This document shows positions 30,207 to 40,940 of a stretch of 64,000 nt of DNA, piece after piece. Within the stretch, counting starts at the first letter, position 1. Every line of letters begins with the position of its first letter. Source of the DNA: an uncultured Nitrospiraceae bacterium (GTDB lineage: Bacteria; Nitrospirota; Thermodesulfovibrionia; Thermodesulfovibrionales; UBA6898); NCBI GenBank assembly GCA_963811165.1, contig CAWEQH010000004.1, positions 544,001-608,000 of the forward strand, in the 5' to 3' direction. The notes below the pieces were generated by a model. It searched no databases. It worked only from the letters and a program-made list of their open reading frames with translations, and was not told the origin of the DNA. The position numbers and the translations under genes were made by a program.

Positions 30207-31241
30207 ATGAAAAAGAAAAAAATCATAGACGTCGGCTCCGGCATATGCCCTCTGGGACCTTCCAATAAGGTCAAGGCCGCGATAAGGAAGGCAATCAAGG
30301 AGATAAAAGATACTCCCGATGCTTCGCGTAAGAGACTGGAAAGGGTTTTTTTATCGAAGTTCGGACTCTTGCATGACCGGGTCCTTTTTGCGAACTCTGT
30401 CGGAGAACTCCTCTACGCGGTTGTTAGGGCACTGGGGCCAAAGAGGGTGCTCATAATGGGTCCGGCGACGCGCATTTATGAAGAGGCAGCGTCCACGATA
30501 GGGGCAGAGGTACTCTATCTCGATTCTCACGAGGACTCGGGGTTTGCGGTCGATGCCGGGGAGTTTATCAAAAACCTGGAAGGCGTTGATCTGGTGTGTA
30601 TCGCCGATCCGAACCGTATTACGGGAAGATCTGTCGATGGGGCAACGATTTCTCTCATAATGGAAAGCGCAACTAAAAAGAAATTGTTCGTGGTCATTGA
30701 CGAATCCCTCGCGGAGTTTACATCCCGGGAAGGGTTTGGTCCCGCCGCCAAGGCGGAAGGGAATGTGATCACGTTAAGGACGACCGCGTATTTTTACGGC
30801 CTGCCGGGGCTCGAGCTTGCATATGCTGTTTCGGACGAGGCGACTATCCGGAGACTTGCGATGGGGAAAGATTGCAGCCTTAATATGCTCTCTATCGAGG
30901 CGGCAAGGGCTGCGCTCAAAGACGAGACTTACAGGAAGCTCACGCGCCGTTTTATTTCGGATGAGAAGAAGCTCCTTTCAATGGAGATGGAGAGGGTCGG
31001 GGGCATCGCCTATATAGATTCCGATTCGAACGCATATCTTGTTAAGTTGGTCCGTCCGGAGGAGGGGCTGCTGAACTCCTTCTTGAGCTCTGGTTTTTTT
31101 ATACGGGACTGCGGCGATATCTCAGGGCTTGGAAAGTCTTTCCTCAGGTTCTCGGTAATGAGCCACGACAGGAATCAGAAACTGCTCAGGTTGATTAAGA
31201 CGCTCGTCCCGCCTTCTACCGTGTCCCAAATTGGCCGCTAG
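30207..31241 (+). CDS. Class I/II PLP-fold protein, CobD/HisC-like, lacking the catalytic Lys
   Basis: CPLGP, DPNRITG, IDESL, LRTTAYFYGLPGLELAY, FIRDC, FLRFSV. Confidence 0.75.
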   Translation: MKKKKIIDVGSGICPLGPSNKVKAAIRKAIKEIKDTPDASRKRLERVFLSKFGLLHDRVLFANSVGELLYAVVRALGPKRVLIMGPATRIYEEAASTIGAEVLYLDSHEDSGFAVDAGEFIKNLEGVDLVCIADPNRITGRSVDGATISLIMESATKKKLFVVIDESLAEFTSREGFGPAAKAEGNVITLRTTAYFYGLPGLELAYAVSDEATIRRLAMGKDCSLNMLSIEAARAALKDETYRKLTRRFISDEKKLLSMEMERVGGIAYIDSDSNAYLVKLVRPEEGLLNSFLSSGFFIRDCGDISGLGKSFLRFSVMSHDRNQKLLRLIKTLVPPSTVSQIGR

Positions 31242-31501
31242 GGTGTGGGTGGTGTTATGGTATGGACATCCTCGTGCTTGTCGACGAGTTTCCCGGTCAC
31301 TGTGTCGATGACGTAATATCCGCTGTGATGACCGTATGTCCCTATTGAAGAGGCCCATGCTGATATCTGGTATCTGTTTACAGGGTCGGCTTGTGGTCCG
31401 GCAGCTGCCGGCCTGATAGAGAATAGGCCGCTGATGAGATTCAGACAAAGCAGCACGGCGATGGCGGAAAGCACGGCTTTTGTGAATAGGTCTGTCTTCA
31501 T
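31238..31501 (-). CDS. Small secreted or membrane-anchored hypothetical protein
   Basis: AGGAGG RBS; MKTDLFTKAVLSAIAVLL signal; YYVIDTVTGK. Confidence 0.65.
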   Translation of the reverse strand: MKTDLFTKAVLSAIAVLLCLNLISGLFSIRPAAAGPQADPVNRYQISAWASSIGTYGHHSGYYVIDTVTGKLVDKHEDVHTITPPTP

Positions 31502-31639
31502 GATGTTCCTCCTGTTGCATTATTCGTAGGCTTTTACACAAATTATCACCATCGCTTTGGATTGTCAATGCCGGAAGGGCTTTGGGAGGTGCCCAAATGA
31601 AGGGGGGAATATGCTAAAATACAGAACATTTTTTTTGTA

Positions 31640-31854
31640 GTTCCCAGTGAATGGTGTTTGTGAGGATGCAAGCCTGGGTATCGGCATTATTCTTTGTCTT
31701 TTTGCAGGTGGCGAGCGGCCCTGCGCAACAGGAAGGTGTGAACCTCGTCAGATCCGGAAGGAAGCAGCGATAAGCATTATCCCTGTGTGCCGCAGCAAGT
31801 CGTTCGCGGCCTGCAATAAGACAAAGTGTCGAACGGCGAATGCCGTCGCGGGAC
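31640..31854 (+). ncRNA. ffs: Signal recognition particle RNA (core 31704-31814, with extended flanking helices)
   Basis: GTCAGATCCGGAAGGAAGCAGC helix-8 motif at 31747-31768; upstream of dnaX; TGCTAAAAT extended -10 at 31612. Confidence 0.93.
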
Positions 31855-31887
31855 CATCGGCCGCGCACGTTTACGCACTTAAAGAGT

Positions 31888-33624
31888 ATGGGTTACCTCG
31901 TATTAGCAAGAAAGTGGAGACCGCGGGGATTTGACGACCTTGTGGGCCAGGAGCCGATCATGCGCATCCTGAAAAACGCCATTTCGCAGGGCAAGATCGC
32001 CCATGCCTATATATTCTCCGGCCCAAGGGGCGTGGGCAAGACTTCTTCTGCCCGCATACTGGCTAAGGCGCTAAACTGCAAGGAAGGGCCGACGCCTGCG
32101 CCGTGCGGTGTCTGCGAGACCTGTACGGCGATCACGGACGGCTCATCGGTAGATGTCATCGAGATAGACGGGGCGTCCAATAACAGCGTCGACGACATAA
32201 GGGACTTAAGGGAGAGGGTAAAATACGCACCCTCAGGCGGCAGGTATAAGGTCTATATTATCGACGAGGTGCATATGCTTTCGAGCTCTGCCTTCAACGC
32301 GCTTTTAAAGACGCTCGAAGAGCCGCCCCCTCATGTTATCTTTGTCCTTGCAACGACCGAAATGAAAAAGATACCGGCAACGGTACTCTCCCGCTGCCAG
32401 CACATGCCTTTCAGGAGGATTTCGAGCAGCGTGATAAAGGCACGGTTGAAGAAGATCTCCGATGCCGAGGGCATACGGATATCCCCGCCTGCAATAGGCC
32501 TTGTTGCCAAGGCGGCGGAGGGAAGTATGCGGGATTCACTTACGATACTCGACCAGATATCTTCTTTCTCTACCGAGATAACCGAGGAGGACGTCAAGAA
32601 CCTTCTGGGGATCACCGATTTTGGCCTGCTGGCTGATATGTCGAAGTCCCTGATCTCTGGCGACAGGGTACGGATACTTGAGATGGTGGACCTCATGTCG
32701 GAGCAGGGGGCGGACATCCGCACCTTCTCAAAGGAACTTGTCCAGTTCTTCAGGGACCTTCTGGTTGCCAGCGTGATGAGGAGCCCCGGAGAGGTCCTCG
32801 ACCTAAGCCCGGAGGAGACCGCCGTTGTCGGGGAGCTTGTCTCGGCGACTTCGGAAGATCAGCTGACGTTGATGCTTTCTGAGATCATGAAGTCGGAGGC
32901 TGACATAAGGAATTCGGCGTCGCCCCGGCTGGCCTTTGAGATGGCCCTCATCAGGGCGAGTTTCCTTAGCTCTGTGAAACCTCTGAAGGAAGTAATAGAG
33001 CACATTAACCGGTTCAGAGGCCAACAGGATGTGATTGCCCCTGAGGTCCACCGGAGCGCGGAGGCTGAGGAGAGGCGGCCACGACCGGCTTCGGGAACAC
33101 ATGAGGTGAAGGGGAAAGGGGAAAGTGCGGCCAAGAAAGAGACGAAGGAGATAATCATATACCGGACGGATAAAGAGGCCGGACAGGAAGAGACTCCCGC
33201 GGTTTCGGAAAGCCCTGGGACGGAAGGGGATGCAACCGAGGAGATGCCGGCGGCAACGGATGTCTGGGAGAGGACCATCTCAAGGGTGGAGCCTCCTCTG
33301 GCGTCGAAGCTTGTAAAGGCCGCTGCGGAATTGAGGGGCGACGAACTCTTTCTTACCCTCAATGGAGGACAGGCGGTGTTTGAGGACTCTATTAAGAGCA
33401 ACCTTAAAATGCTCGAAAATATTGCATCGGAGGAGGCCGGAAGAAAGATCAGGATCAAGCTGGCTACCTCCCATAAAAAAAACGTACGGAAAAGGGACCT
33501 TAAGGAAAAGGTCCTCGAAGAACCCTTGATCAGGGAGGCACTTGAACTCTTTGAAGGAAGGATAGTCGATGTGACCCCTGTCGATGGTTCTGAAAACATA
33601 CAAAACGGAGGAGATCATGTCTAA
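31888..33624 (+). CDS. dnaX: DNA polymerase III subunit gamma/tau
   Basis: LARKWRP, GPRGVGKTS, CGVCETC, IIDEVHML, LSRCQ. Confidence 0.97.
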   Translation: MGYLVLARKWRPRGFDDLVGQEPIMRILKNAISQGKIAHAYIFSGPRGVGKTSSARILAKALNCKEGPTPAPCGVCETCTAITDGSSVDVIEIDGASNNSVDDIRDLRERVKYAPSGGRYKVYIIDEVHMLSSSAFNALLKTLEEPPPHVIFVLATTEMKKIPATVLSRCQHMPFRRISSSVIKARLKKISDAEGIRISPPAIGLVAKAAEGSMRDSLTILDQISSFSTEITEEDVKNLLGITDFGLLADMSKSLISGDRVRILEMVDLMSEQGADIRTFSKELVQFFRDLLVASVMRSPGEVLDLSPEETAVVGELVSATSEDQLTLMLSEIMKSEADIRNSASPRLAFEMALIRASFLSSVKPLKEVIEHINRFRGQQDVIAPEVHRSAEAEERRPRPASGTHEVKGKGESAAKKETKEIIIYRTDKEAGQEETPAVSESPGTEGDATEEMPAATDVWERTISRVEPPLASKLVKAAAELRGDELFLTLNGGQAVFEDSIKSNLKMLENIASEEAGRKIRIKLATSHKKNVRKRDLKEKVLEEPLIREALELFEGRIVDVTPVDGSENIQNGGDHV

Positions 33625-33958
33625 AAAGATGTTAGGGGATTTGATGCGCCAGGCCCAGAAACTGCAGGAAGAAATGATGAAGGCGCAGGAAGAGGCCAAG
33701 AAAAAGACGGTCGAGGCCACTTCGGGCGGCGGCATGGTTTCGGTCGTTGCCAGCGGCGCGGGAGAAATCGTATCGATCAGGATAGAGAAGGACGTGGTCA
33801 ACCCTGAGGATGTGGAGATGCTCCAGGACCTCATACTTGCCGCCGCAAATGAGGCGCTCAGGAGGGCACACGACCTCGTCAACGAGGACATGTCCAAGCT
33901 GACGGGCGGACTGCAGATCCCGGGTATGGGCGGCCTGGGCAATATGTTCGGAAGGTAA
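33617..33958 (+). CDS. ybaB: YbaB/EbfC nucleoid-associated protein
   Basis: MRQAQKLQ, SGGGMV, DVEMLQDLI; between dnaX and recR. Confidence 0.95.
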   Translation: MSKKMLGDLMRQAQKLQEEMMKAQEEAKKKTVEATSGGGMVSVVASGAGEIVSIRIEKDVVNPEDVEMLQDLILAAANEALRRAHDLVNEDMSKLTGGLQIPGMGGLGNMFGR

Positions 33959-34033
33959 GAAAACTGTCGGCGGTCTTAAAGTCCAGGATGAAATCAGCGC
34001 AATATGCCGCTTCACGGCCGACATCGGTCCACT

Positions 34034-34624
34034 ATGCACGGAATTATCGATAGTCTGATAAACGAACTCACACGGCTTCCCGGGATAGGAAGAAAGACCG
34101 CGCAGAGGCTGGCCTTTTTCATCCTCTCGATGCCGGAATCAGAGGCATTGGCGATCGCAAAGGCGATAGAGGCGGTGAAGGAAAAGGCAAGGTTCTGCAG
34201 ACAATGCTTTAATATTACGGAAAACGAGCTCTGCGAAATCTGCAGCGACGAGTCCCGCGACCCAAGCAGGATATGCGTAGTGGAAGAACCAAGCAATATC
34301 CATGTGATCGAGCGGGTGAAGGGCTTCCATTGCCGGTATCATGTGCTGCTCGGGGCCCTCTCCCCGCTGGACGGCATTACTGCCGAGAAGCTCAAGATAA
34401 GGGAACTCGTAGAGAGGGTCAGGGAAGGTGATGTGAAAGAGGTAATACTTGCGACGAACCCCAATACAAAGGGCGAGATCACCGCGCAATTCATCAAAGA
34501 GACGCTCGCACCGCTTCAGGTCAGGGTGACCCGCATAGCCTACGGACTTCCGATGGGCAGCGATATCGAATTTGCAGACGAGGTCACCTTAGGCAAGGCC
34601 CTTGAGGGCCGCAGAGAGATTTAA
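34034..34624 (+). CDS. recR: Recombination mediator RecR
   Basis: LPGIGRKTAQRLAF, CxxC..CxxC zinc finger, Toprim TRIAYGLP. Confidence 0.96.
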   Translation: MHGIIDSLINELTRLPGIGRKTAQRLAFFILSMPESEALAIAKAIEAVKEKARFCRQCFNITENELCEICSDESRDPSRICVVEEPSNIHVIERVKGFHCRYHVLLGALSPLDGITAEKLKIRELVERVREGDVKEVILATNPNTKGEITAQFIKETLAPLQVRVTRIAYGLPMGSDIEFADEVTLGKALEGRREI

Positions 34625-34832
34625 ATCGCAGGTTGTTTCAGCCCGGATTATTTCATAGGCCGGAGCATCATATCCCCTCGCACTCATCATCCTTAGCTGT
34701 TTGCGTAATTGATAGTTCACTATTTTTGTACGGCCATTGACTGTTGAGGCACTTCTGCCTATGCTATTGATGGTATCATAACCATAACCCCATGGAGGCA
34801 TTCGGCTTCTGACGGGATAAAGGGAGACCATA

Positions 34833-37639
34833 ATGCTCAACTTTCTCATCTTTGCCTTTATAGCTCTAATCTTCTTCCTGCCTGCATTACGCAACCTGAA
34901 ACATAAACGTTACAAAAGCGCCGGGATCTTTGCCTTGCTCGGAATTGCAGCGCTTGCCGGTGTCCGCATCTGGAGCGAGGTGTACCTTACCTCGCTTTGG
35001 TACAGAGACCTTGGATACGAGGGCCGCTACTGGAAGGTGCTCTTTCTCCAGGGCGAACTTTTCATGGCCGGCGGGCTTATCGCAATAACTTTTGGAATTG
35101 CGAATGTCTTTTTTTGGCACCACGGCGCAAGGCCTGTGGGACCATCCGCTGCAGGGGACTATCGCTCCAAACTTATCCTCCTGGGCGCCCTTCTCCTGCA
35201 ACTGCCTTTGTTCATTGCCGCAGGTACTGCAACCTCAGCCTACTGGAATGAGGCGCTTCTTTTTTCCAATGCCGTACCTTTCGGGCATGAAGACCCGGTA
35301 TTTCTGAAAGACATGGGGTTCTACATTTTCAGGCTTCCCTTCCTGGGTTTCGTAGTGGATTCGCTAAGCAGCCTTTTTACCGTCAACCTCTTACTCGTCG
35401 GGGGACTGTATGCGGTCGAGAATGCCCTTTTCCGTCTGCTCCCGCGCCTCGCCTTCGACAATTTTACGCGGAACCCTTTTGTCCACCGCCTCGTTACGCA
35501 GGTCTCGGTGAATTTTGTTTTCGGTACCCTGGTATTTATCGCCAGGACCCTCCTGGCCCGCTATGAACTTCTCTATTCCCATCGGGGTGTGGTCTATGGG
35601 GCGGGGTGGACCGACCTGCATGCACAGTTGCCCGCATACAGTGTTGCCCTCGTGGCCCTGACGGGTTGCCTTGTCCTGTTTCTCTACGCGTCGTTTACCA
35701 GTTCTACGAGGCGGACCGTCGGCATCTATCTCGCAAGCGCTGCCCTCCTCGGCGGAGTATGGATTGTCGGGCTTCAGGTGATTCCTGAGTTGGTCCAGCA
35801 CTTCAGGGTAGCCCCCAACGAACTCCCCCTCGAAAAGCCTTACCTCAAGAGGAACATCGAGTTTACGAGGGAGGCCTATGGGCTATCGAATGTCTCGGAG
35901 ATAGAATTTCCCGTTAATCCTTCGCCCAGCGGCGTCCTCGCACCGGGCGACCTGACTATCATAAACGGCATACGGCTCTGGGCCCCGGATATCCTCAAAG
36001 CGGTAAACGACCAGACGCAGTTCATACGCCTTTACTATAATTTCCCCGATGTGGATGTCGACCGCTACATGCTGGGGGGAAACTCACGCAGCTCATGCTG
36101 TCACTACGCGAGCTGAACATAGACCGCCTCGCCGCTCAATCCAGGACATTCCAGAACGAGACGATGATCTACACCCACGGATACGGGGATGTTGCCGCAC
36201 CAGTAAACAAGTTTACCCACGAAGGACTGCCCGAATACTACATGAAGGACATCCCTGTGGTTTCGTCGTATCCGGAACTTAAAATAGACCAGCCGCGGAT
36301 CTACTTCGGCCAGGAGACATTTAACCATGTCTACGTCAATACGAAGCTGAAGGAATTCGATTTCCCAAAAGGCGACATCAACGCCCAAAATACCTACGGC
36401 GGAAAAGCAGGCGTGAAGATCGACAGCTTCCTGAAAAAACTCGCTGTCGCAATTAATTTCGACGGACTGAGGCTATTCACTACCCAGGAACTTACTCCCG
36501 AAAGCCGCATCCTCTTTATGAGGGACATCAGCCGGAGAGTTCGCACCATCGCACCTTTTCTTACCTTCGATAACGACATGTACCATGTAATCGCAGACGG
36601 CAAGATCTATTTCATCTGGGACGCTTATACGACCGCGACGACATACCCATATTCCCAGCCGGTCATGAAAAAAGCCAATTACATAAGAAACAGCGTGAAG
36701 GTGGTGGTCGACGCATATGAAGGTTCGGTAGATTTCTATATCGCCGATAAAACCGACCCCGTCATCCGGGCCTATGCCAGGGCCTTTCCCGCTCTGTTTA
36801 AGCCGTTTGAGGCCATGCCCCTGTCACTGAAGGCCCATGTGAGATATCCCGAAGACCTTCTCACCATCCAGAGCCATGTCTTTGCAATCTACCATATGGC
36901 AGACCCGGGGGTGTTTTACAACCGGGAAGATGCCTGGGAAGTATCGCGGGTCGCGGCGGCGCAAGGGGAAGCGCAGCCCATTACGCCCTATTACCTGATC
37001 TCCAAACTGCCAGACTCCGATAAGGAGGAGTTCGTTCTCACCCTCCCGTTTTCCCCATACAGCACCGACAAAAACAGTCCGAGGAACAACATGGTCTCCA
37101 TGATCATGGCCCGGTGCGACGGTAATAATTACGGGAAACTGATGCTCTTTAAATTCCCTAAAGACCGGCAGGTCTACGGGCCGCTTCAGATCGGTATCCG
37201 CATAAATCAGGACGAGACCATAAGCAAGGACCTCACTCTTTGGAACCAGCAGGGCAGTCAGGTGAGGTTCGGCAACCTCCTGGCCGTGCCGCTATCCGGA
37301 TATCGCCTCATGTACATACAGCCAATCTATATTCAGGCATCCGTGGGGAAGATGCCTGAGCTCAGAAGGGTCGTGGTGGTCTTTGGAGACCAGCTCGCCT
37401 ACGGCGCGTCTTTTGAAGAAGCGCTGAACAAGTTCTTCCCTCAGATTTCAGGTTCTGCCGGTGAAAGCGCCTTAAGGCCGGCAGTGGCAAGAGAGGAAAA
37501 GAAGGCTGAGAAGAAAGACCTCGTTGCGGCCGCAGCAAAGGCGTTCGAGTCCTACCGCAGCCTCATGGGCAAGGGCAGGTACGAAGAGGCAGGGAAGGAG
37601 CTTGAGGAAGTAGGAAGAATTCTCAACCAGCTGAAATAA
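34833..37639 (+). pseudogene. UPF0182-family membrane protein split by a -1 frameshift near 36080
   Basis: ORF1 (DPVFLKDMGFYIFRLP, DVDVDRY) continues in the -1 frame into ORF2 (YTHGYG, PRIYFG, NYIRNSVK, RYPEDL). Confidence 0.85.
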
Positions 37640-37678
37640 AGCGGCAGCGGTAGGGACTGTTTTGCCCTCTGTGATATG

Positions 37679-40390
37679 TTAACCCGGGTCAAGGGGCGCC
37701 GCACCTCCGTCGGGCGGCGCCTTCAGAATGCCGCTGACAACTTCACTCACCTCGTTGGTGTTATAGGGTTTATTTATTACCCCGCAAAAACCGTACTTCT
37801 TGTAATCCGACATTATGGGGTCAACAGAATATCCGCTGGAAACAATGACCTTTGCGTGAGGGTCAATCCGCTGGAGCTTAACCACGGCTTCCTTCCCTCC
37901 TAATCCACCGGGAATGGTTAGATCCATGATCACAAGATCAAAGGGTTTTCCTTCCCTTGTTTCCCTCCCGTATATGTCTATCGCTTCATTGCCGTCCTTT
38001 GCGAAATCAACTTCATAGCCAAGGCGGGTCAATATGTGAACGCATATGTCCCTCACAAATTCCTCGTCATCCATGACTAGGATTTTACCCTTGCCCTTTC
38101 TTATGGCCCCGGTTTCCTCGCGTTCAGAATTAACGATATCTTTCAAGGCAGGAATATAAATCGTGAACGTAGTTCCCGCACCTGCAAGCGATTTTACCGA
38201 TATGGTGCTTTCGTGGCGTTTCAGAATTGAAAATACCGTTGCAAGCCCAAGTCCGCTTCCGGTCTTTTTCGTTGTGTAATATGGGTCAAATATTTTTCTC
38301 AAATTTTCCTCTGCAATGCCGTCCCCCTCGTCGCTGAATATAACCCTCACATAGTATCCGGCACGCAGATCCGCTATTTCTTCTTCAGCAAGGGTGACAT
38401 TCTGAAAATCTAAACGGACTGTTCCTCCGTTAGGCATGGCTTGGATGGCGTTAATTATGAGATTATTGAAGACCTGGTTGATCTGTCCCTTATCGACTTC
38501 AACACTCCACAGATGTGTCGGAATACTGTATACGCATTTCACATTTGAGCCTGAAAGTGCAAAGTTTACCGCCTCCCTGGCTATATCCGTAATGGAAACA
38601 ATCTTCTTTATGGGTGCCCCACCTTTTGAAAAAGTAAGCAGTTGATGGGTCAGATCTGCTGCCCGCCGTCCCGCTCTTTCTGCATCTGTTAAAAGTTGAA
38701 AAGCTACCTTGTCAGCTCCTATCTCCATCTTTGAGAGACTTACATTCCCAATGATCGATGTAAGCAGATTATTGAAGTCATGAGCCAATCCGCCGGCCAG
38801 CACCCCCAGTGATTCCAGTTTTTCCATCTTCTGCATCTCTTGTTCCATGTGATATTGTGCCGTAATGTCACGAAATACGAGTACGACACCTATGGTTTTA
38901 TTCTTCCTGTCCTTAATCGGGGCGCCGCTATCAGCAATAATGATTTCTGTTCCACCTTTTCTGATCAGGGCCGTGTGGTTTGCCAAGCCGGCAACCATGC
39001 CTGTCCTGATGACTTTTTCAGCAGGATTTTCGCACGTTTCCCTAGTGGTTTCATTGATAATGTTGAAGACCTCATTCAGCGGTTTACCGATTGCCTCTTC
39101 GTTAGACCAGCCCGTAAGTTCTTCGGCTGCCTTGTTAAGTAACGCAACATTACCGGAAACGTCAGTGGTGATAACCCCATCCCCGATACTTCTTAGGGTC
39201 ACTGCCAGTCGCTCCTTTTCTTCTGCCAAAGCAGCTTCTGCACGCCTGCGCTCCGTTACGTCACGGGTTACACTCAATAGAGCCACGATTTCATTTTTTT
39301 CGTTGCGGAATGGTACTGCATGGGTCTCAAGCCATAACCGTCTGCCTTGCGCTCCGACCATCTCAAACAGGAGTTCACCTGAGTCGCCTCTAAAGATTTT
39401 TTTTGTAAGCTCCTTGAAATCTTCCCGGTATTCAGGACAAACGAAAGGATAGACACACTGACCCTTGACCTGCTCAACAGAATCCAACCCAAGCATGGAC
39501 AAACCTGCACGGTTCATCATAATCAGGTTTCCATTTTCTTCAAGCAGCTTCACACATTCCGGCCCGGTATCAAAGATAGCCTGTAGCATATTCTCTGCTT
39601 TTGCCCTCTCGGCTATCTCGGCTTCAAGATGTTTTGTTTTATCAATGACGCGTTGCCTCAGTCCTGTATTGAAAAAAAACAATATAATTATGGCAAACAA
39701 ACCCGATCCGGCCGAACCTGTCAACATAAGTGCCATGTATCCTTGTTCTTCAATAGGCACCCTCATAGATTCTATGGCTCTCCTCTCTCCTAATTTCTCA
39801 TGAAAGCCTCCCTCTCCGGGATATAACCTGCGCAAACCAGGTGGGGCGGTCTCCGGGTCGCCATGGCATCTCAGGCATCGTTGTTCATTTTTGAGGAATG
39901 GTATTGCATAATACAAATACTTCTTGCCGTTAACTTTGACAACTTCTTCATACTCCTTAATGTTCGGGTTTTCGTTGAAAAACCTGATTAGTTTGGCTTC
40001 CTGTTCATCCGCCTTGTTGAGGGGGTTTCTGGGGTTGTTCGCAGCCATTTTATAGTAGACCGGCGTCAGTCCGACTTTTTCCCGTTCTTTATTATAGAGA
40101 CCGTGCATCGTTCTTACGATGTATGTTGAAGAAAGCACTTTAGGATTATAGAAATCATTGGCGATTTGCCCGTCCTTTATCGCTTCAAAGACAGTGGGGT
40201 GCAATACCTTCTGGATGTACTGATGGAACCCTCTGTTGGACAAAAGAATATTCTTGATATCTTCTTTCGCCTGTTGAATGAAATACCTGGTTATCGCATA
40301 ATGGAGAATGCCGGAAGCAATAACCACGACAACGAAAGGAAAAACAAGAAAGATGAAGACTTTCTTATTCACAGTAAAATAATAGAGCAA
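37679..40390 (-). CDS. Hybrid sensor histidine kinase: periplasmic heme-c (DUF3365-like) domain, two PAS, HisKA, HATPase, receiver
   Basis: NPRNPLN and CLRCH; LAHDFNNLL; DEGDGI, GSGLGL; ILVMDDE, MDLTIPG. Confidence 0.9.
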   Translation of the reverse strand: MLYYFTVNKKVFIFLVFPFVVVVIASGILHYAITRYFIQQAKEDIKNILLSNRGFHQYIQKVLHPTVFEAIKDGQIANDFYNPKVLSSTYIVRTMHGLYNKEREKVGLTPVYYKMAANNPRNPLNKADEQEAKLIRFFNENPNIKEYEEVVKVNGKKYLYYAIPFLKNEQRCLRCHGDPETAPPGLRRLYPGEGGFHEKLGERRAIESMRVPIEEQGYMALMLTGSAGSGLFAIIILFFFNTGLRQRVIDKTKHLEAEIAERAKAENMLQAIFDTGPECVKLLEENGNLIMMNRAGLSMLGLDSVEQVKGQCVYPFVCPEYREDFKELTKKIFRGDSGELLFEMVGAQGRRLWLETHAVPFRNEKNEIVALLSVTRDVTERRRAEAALAEEKERLAVTLRSIGDGVITTDVSGNVALLNKAAEELTGWSNEEAIGKPLNEVFNIINETTRETCENPAEKVIRTGMVAGLANHTALIRKGGTEIIIADSGAPIKDRKNKTIGVVLVFRDITAQYHMEQEMQKMEKLESLGVLAGGLAHDFNNLLTSIIGNVSLSKMEIGADKVAFQLLTDAERAGRRAADLTHQLLTFSKGGAPIKKIVSITDIAREAVNFALSGSNVKCVYSIPTHLWSVEVDKGQINQVFNNLIINAIQAMPNGGTVRLDFQNVTLAEEEIADLRAGYYVRVIFSDEGDGIAEENLRKIFDPYYTTKKTGSGLGLATVFSILKRHESTISVKSLAGAGTTFTIYIPALKDIVNSEREETGAIRKGKGKILVMDDEEFVRDICVHILTRLGYEVDFAKDGNEAIDIYGRETREGKPFDLVIMDLTIPGGLGGKEAVVKLQRIDPHAKVIVSSGYSVDPIMSDYKKYGFCGVINKPYNTNEVSEVVSGILKAPPDGGAAPLDPG

Positions 40391-40421
40391 AGTTTCTAAT
40401 TTTTCAACGTATTTGCTTACT

Positions 40422-40937
40422 TTAGGTTGTGAGGAGTTTCTCTATTTCTTCCGACCAGGCCCCGTATCCTTCTTCACTCAGGTGGACCCCGTCGTCGAGC
40501 AGATACGACTTTTTAGGAATGCCTGAGGAATCGAGGAAGACGGTATGGATATCAAGGTAAAATACATCTTCTTCTTTCGCCATCTTCCTTAACTCCGTGT
40601 TCATCTCCCGGATTTCGTCATTCGAAATAAATGGAAAAAGCACCGGCAGCAGGCTTTGAACAAAGATCTTCAAAGATGGTGATTTTGCCCTAATCTCACC
40701 TATTATCTTCCTGTAGGTCCCCGAGAAGTCTTTGTCCGCCATGGCCATATTATTTATGCCTGTCATGATGAAGACGAAATCGGGGTTTACTACTCTTTCG
40801 AGGACACCGGGGAGTCTCAAAAAGAGTCCCTCCACGGTCTCTCCCGCAATACCGTAATTGGATACCTCGTGGCCCGGAAATCTCCGCGCCCAGTCATAAA
40901 ACTCGATCAATGAATCGCCGATAAACAGGAGTCTCAT
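40422..40937 (-). CDS. GDSL/SGNH lipase-esterase
   Basis: FIGDSL, GIAGET, GINN, DGVHL. Confidence 0.9.
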   Translation of the reverse strand: MRLLFIGDSLIEFYDWARRFPGHEVSNYGIAGETVEGLFLRLPGVLERVVNPDFVFIMTGINNMAMADKDFSGTYRKIIGEIRAKSPSLKIFVQSLLPVLFPFISNDEIREMNTELRKMAKEEDVFYLDIHTVFLDSSGIPKKSYLLDDGVHLSEEGYGAWSEEIEKLLTT

Positions 40938-40940
40938 GAG

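Noticed and set aside
33475..33482. A8 run in dnaX as a gamma/tau slippage site
   Set aside because: Lies close to the C-terminus rather than after domain III, and is not the A_AAA_AAG motif.
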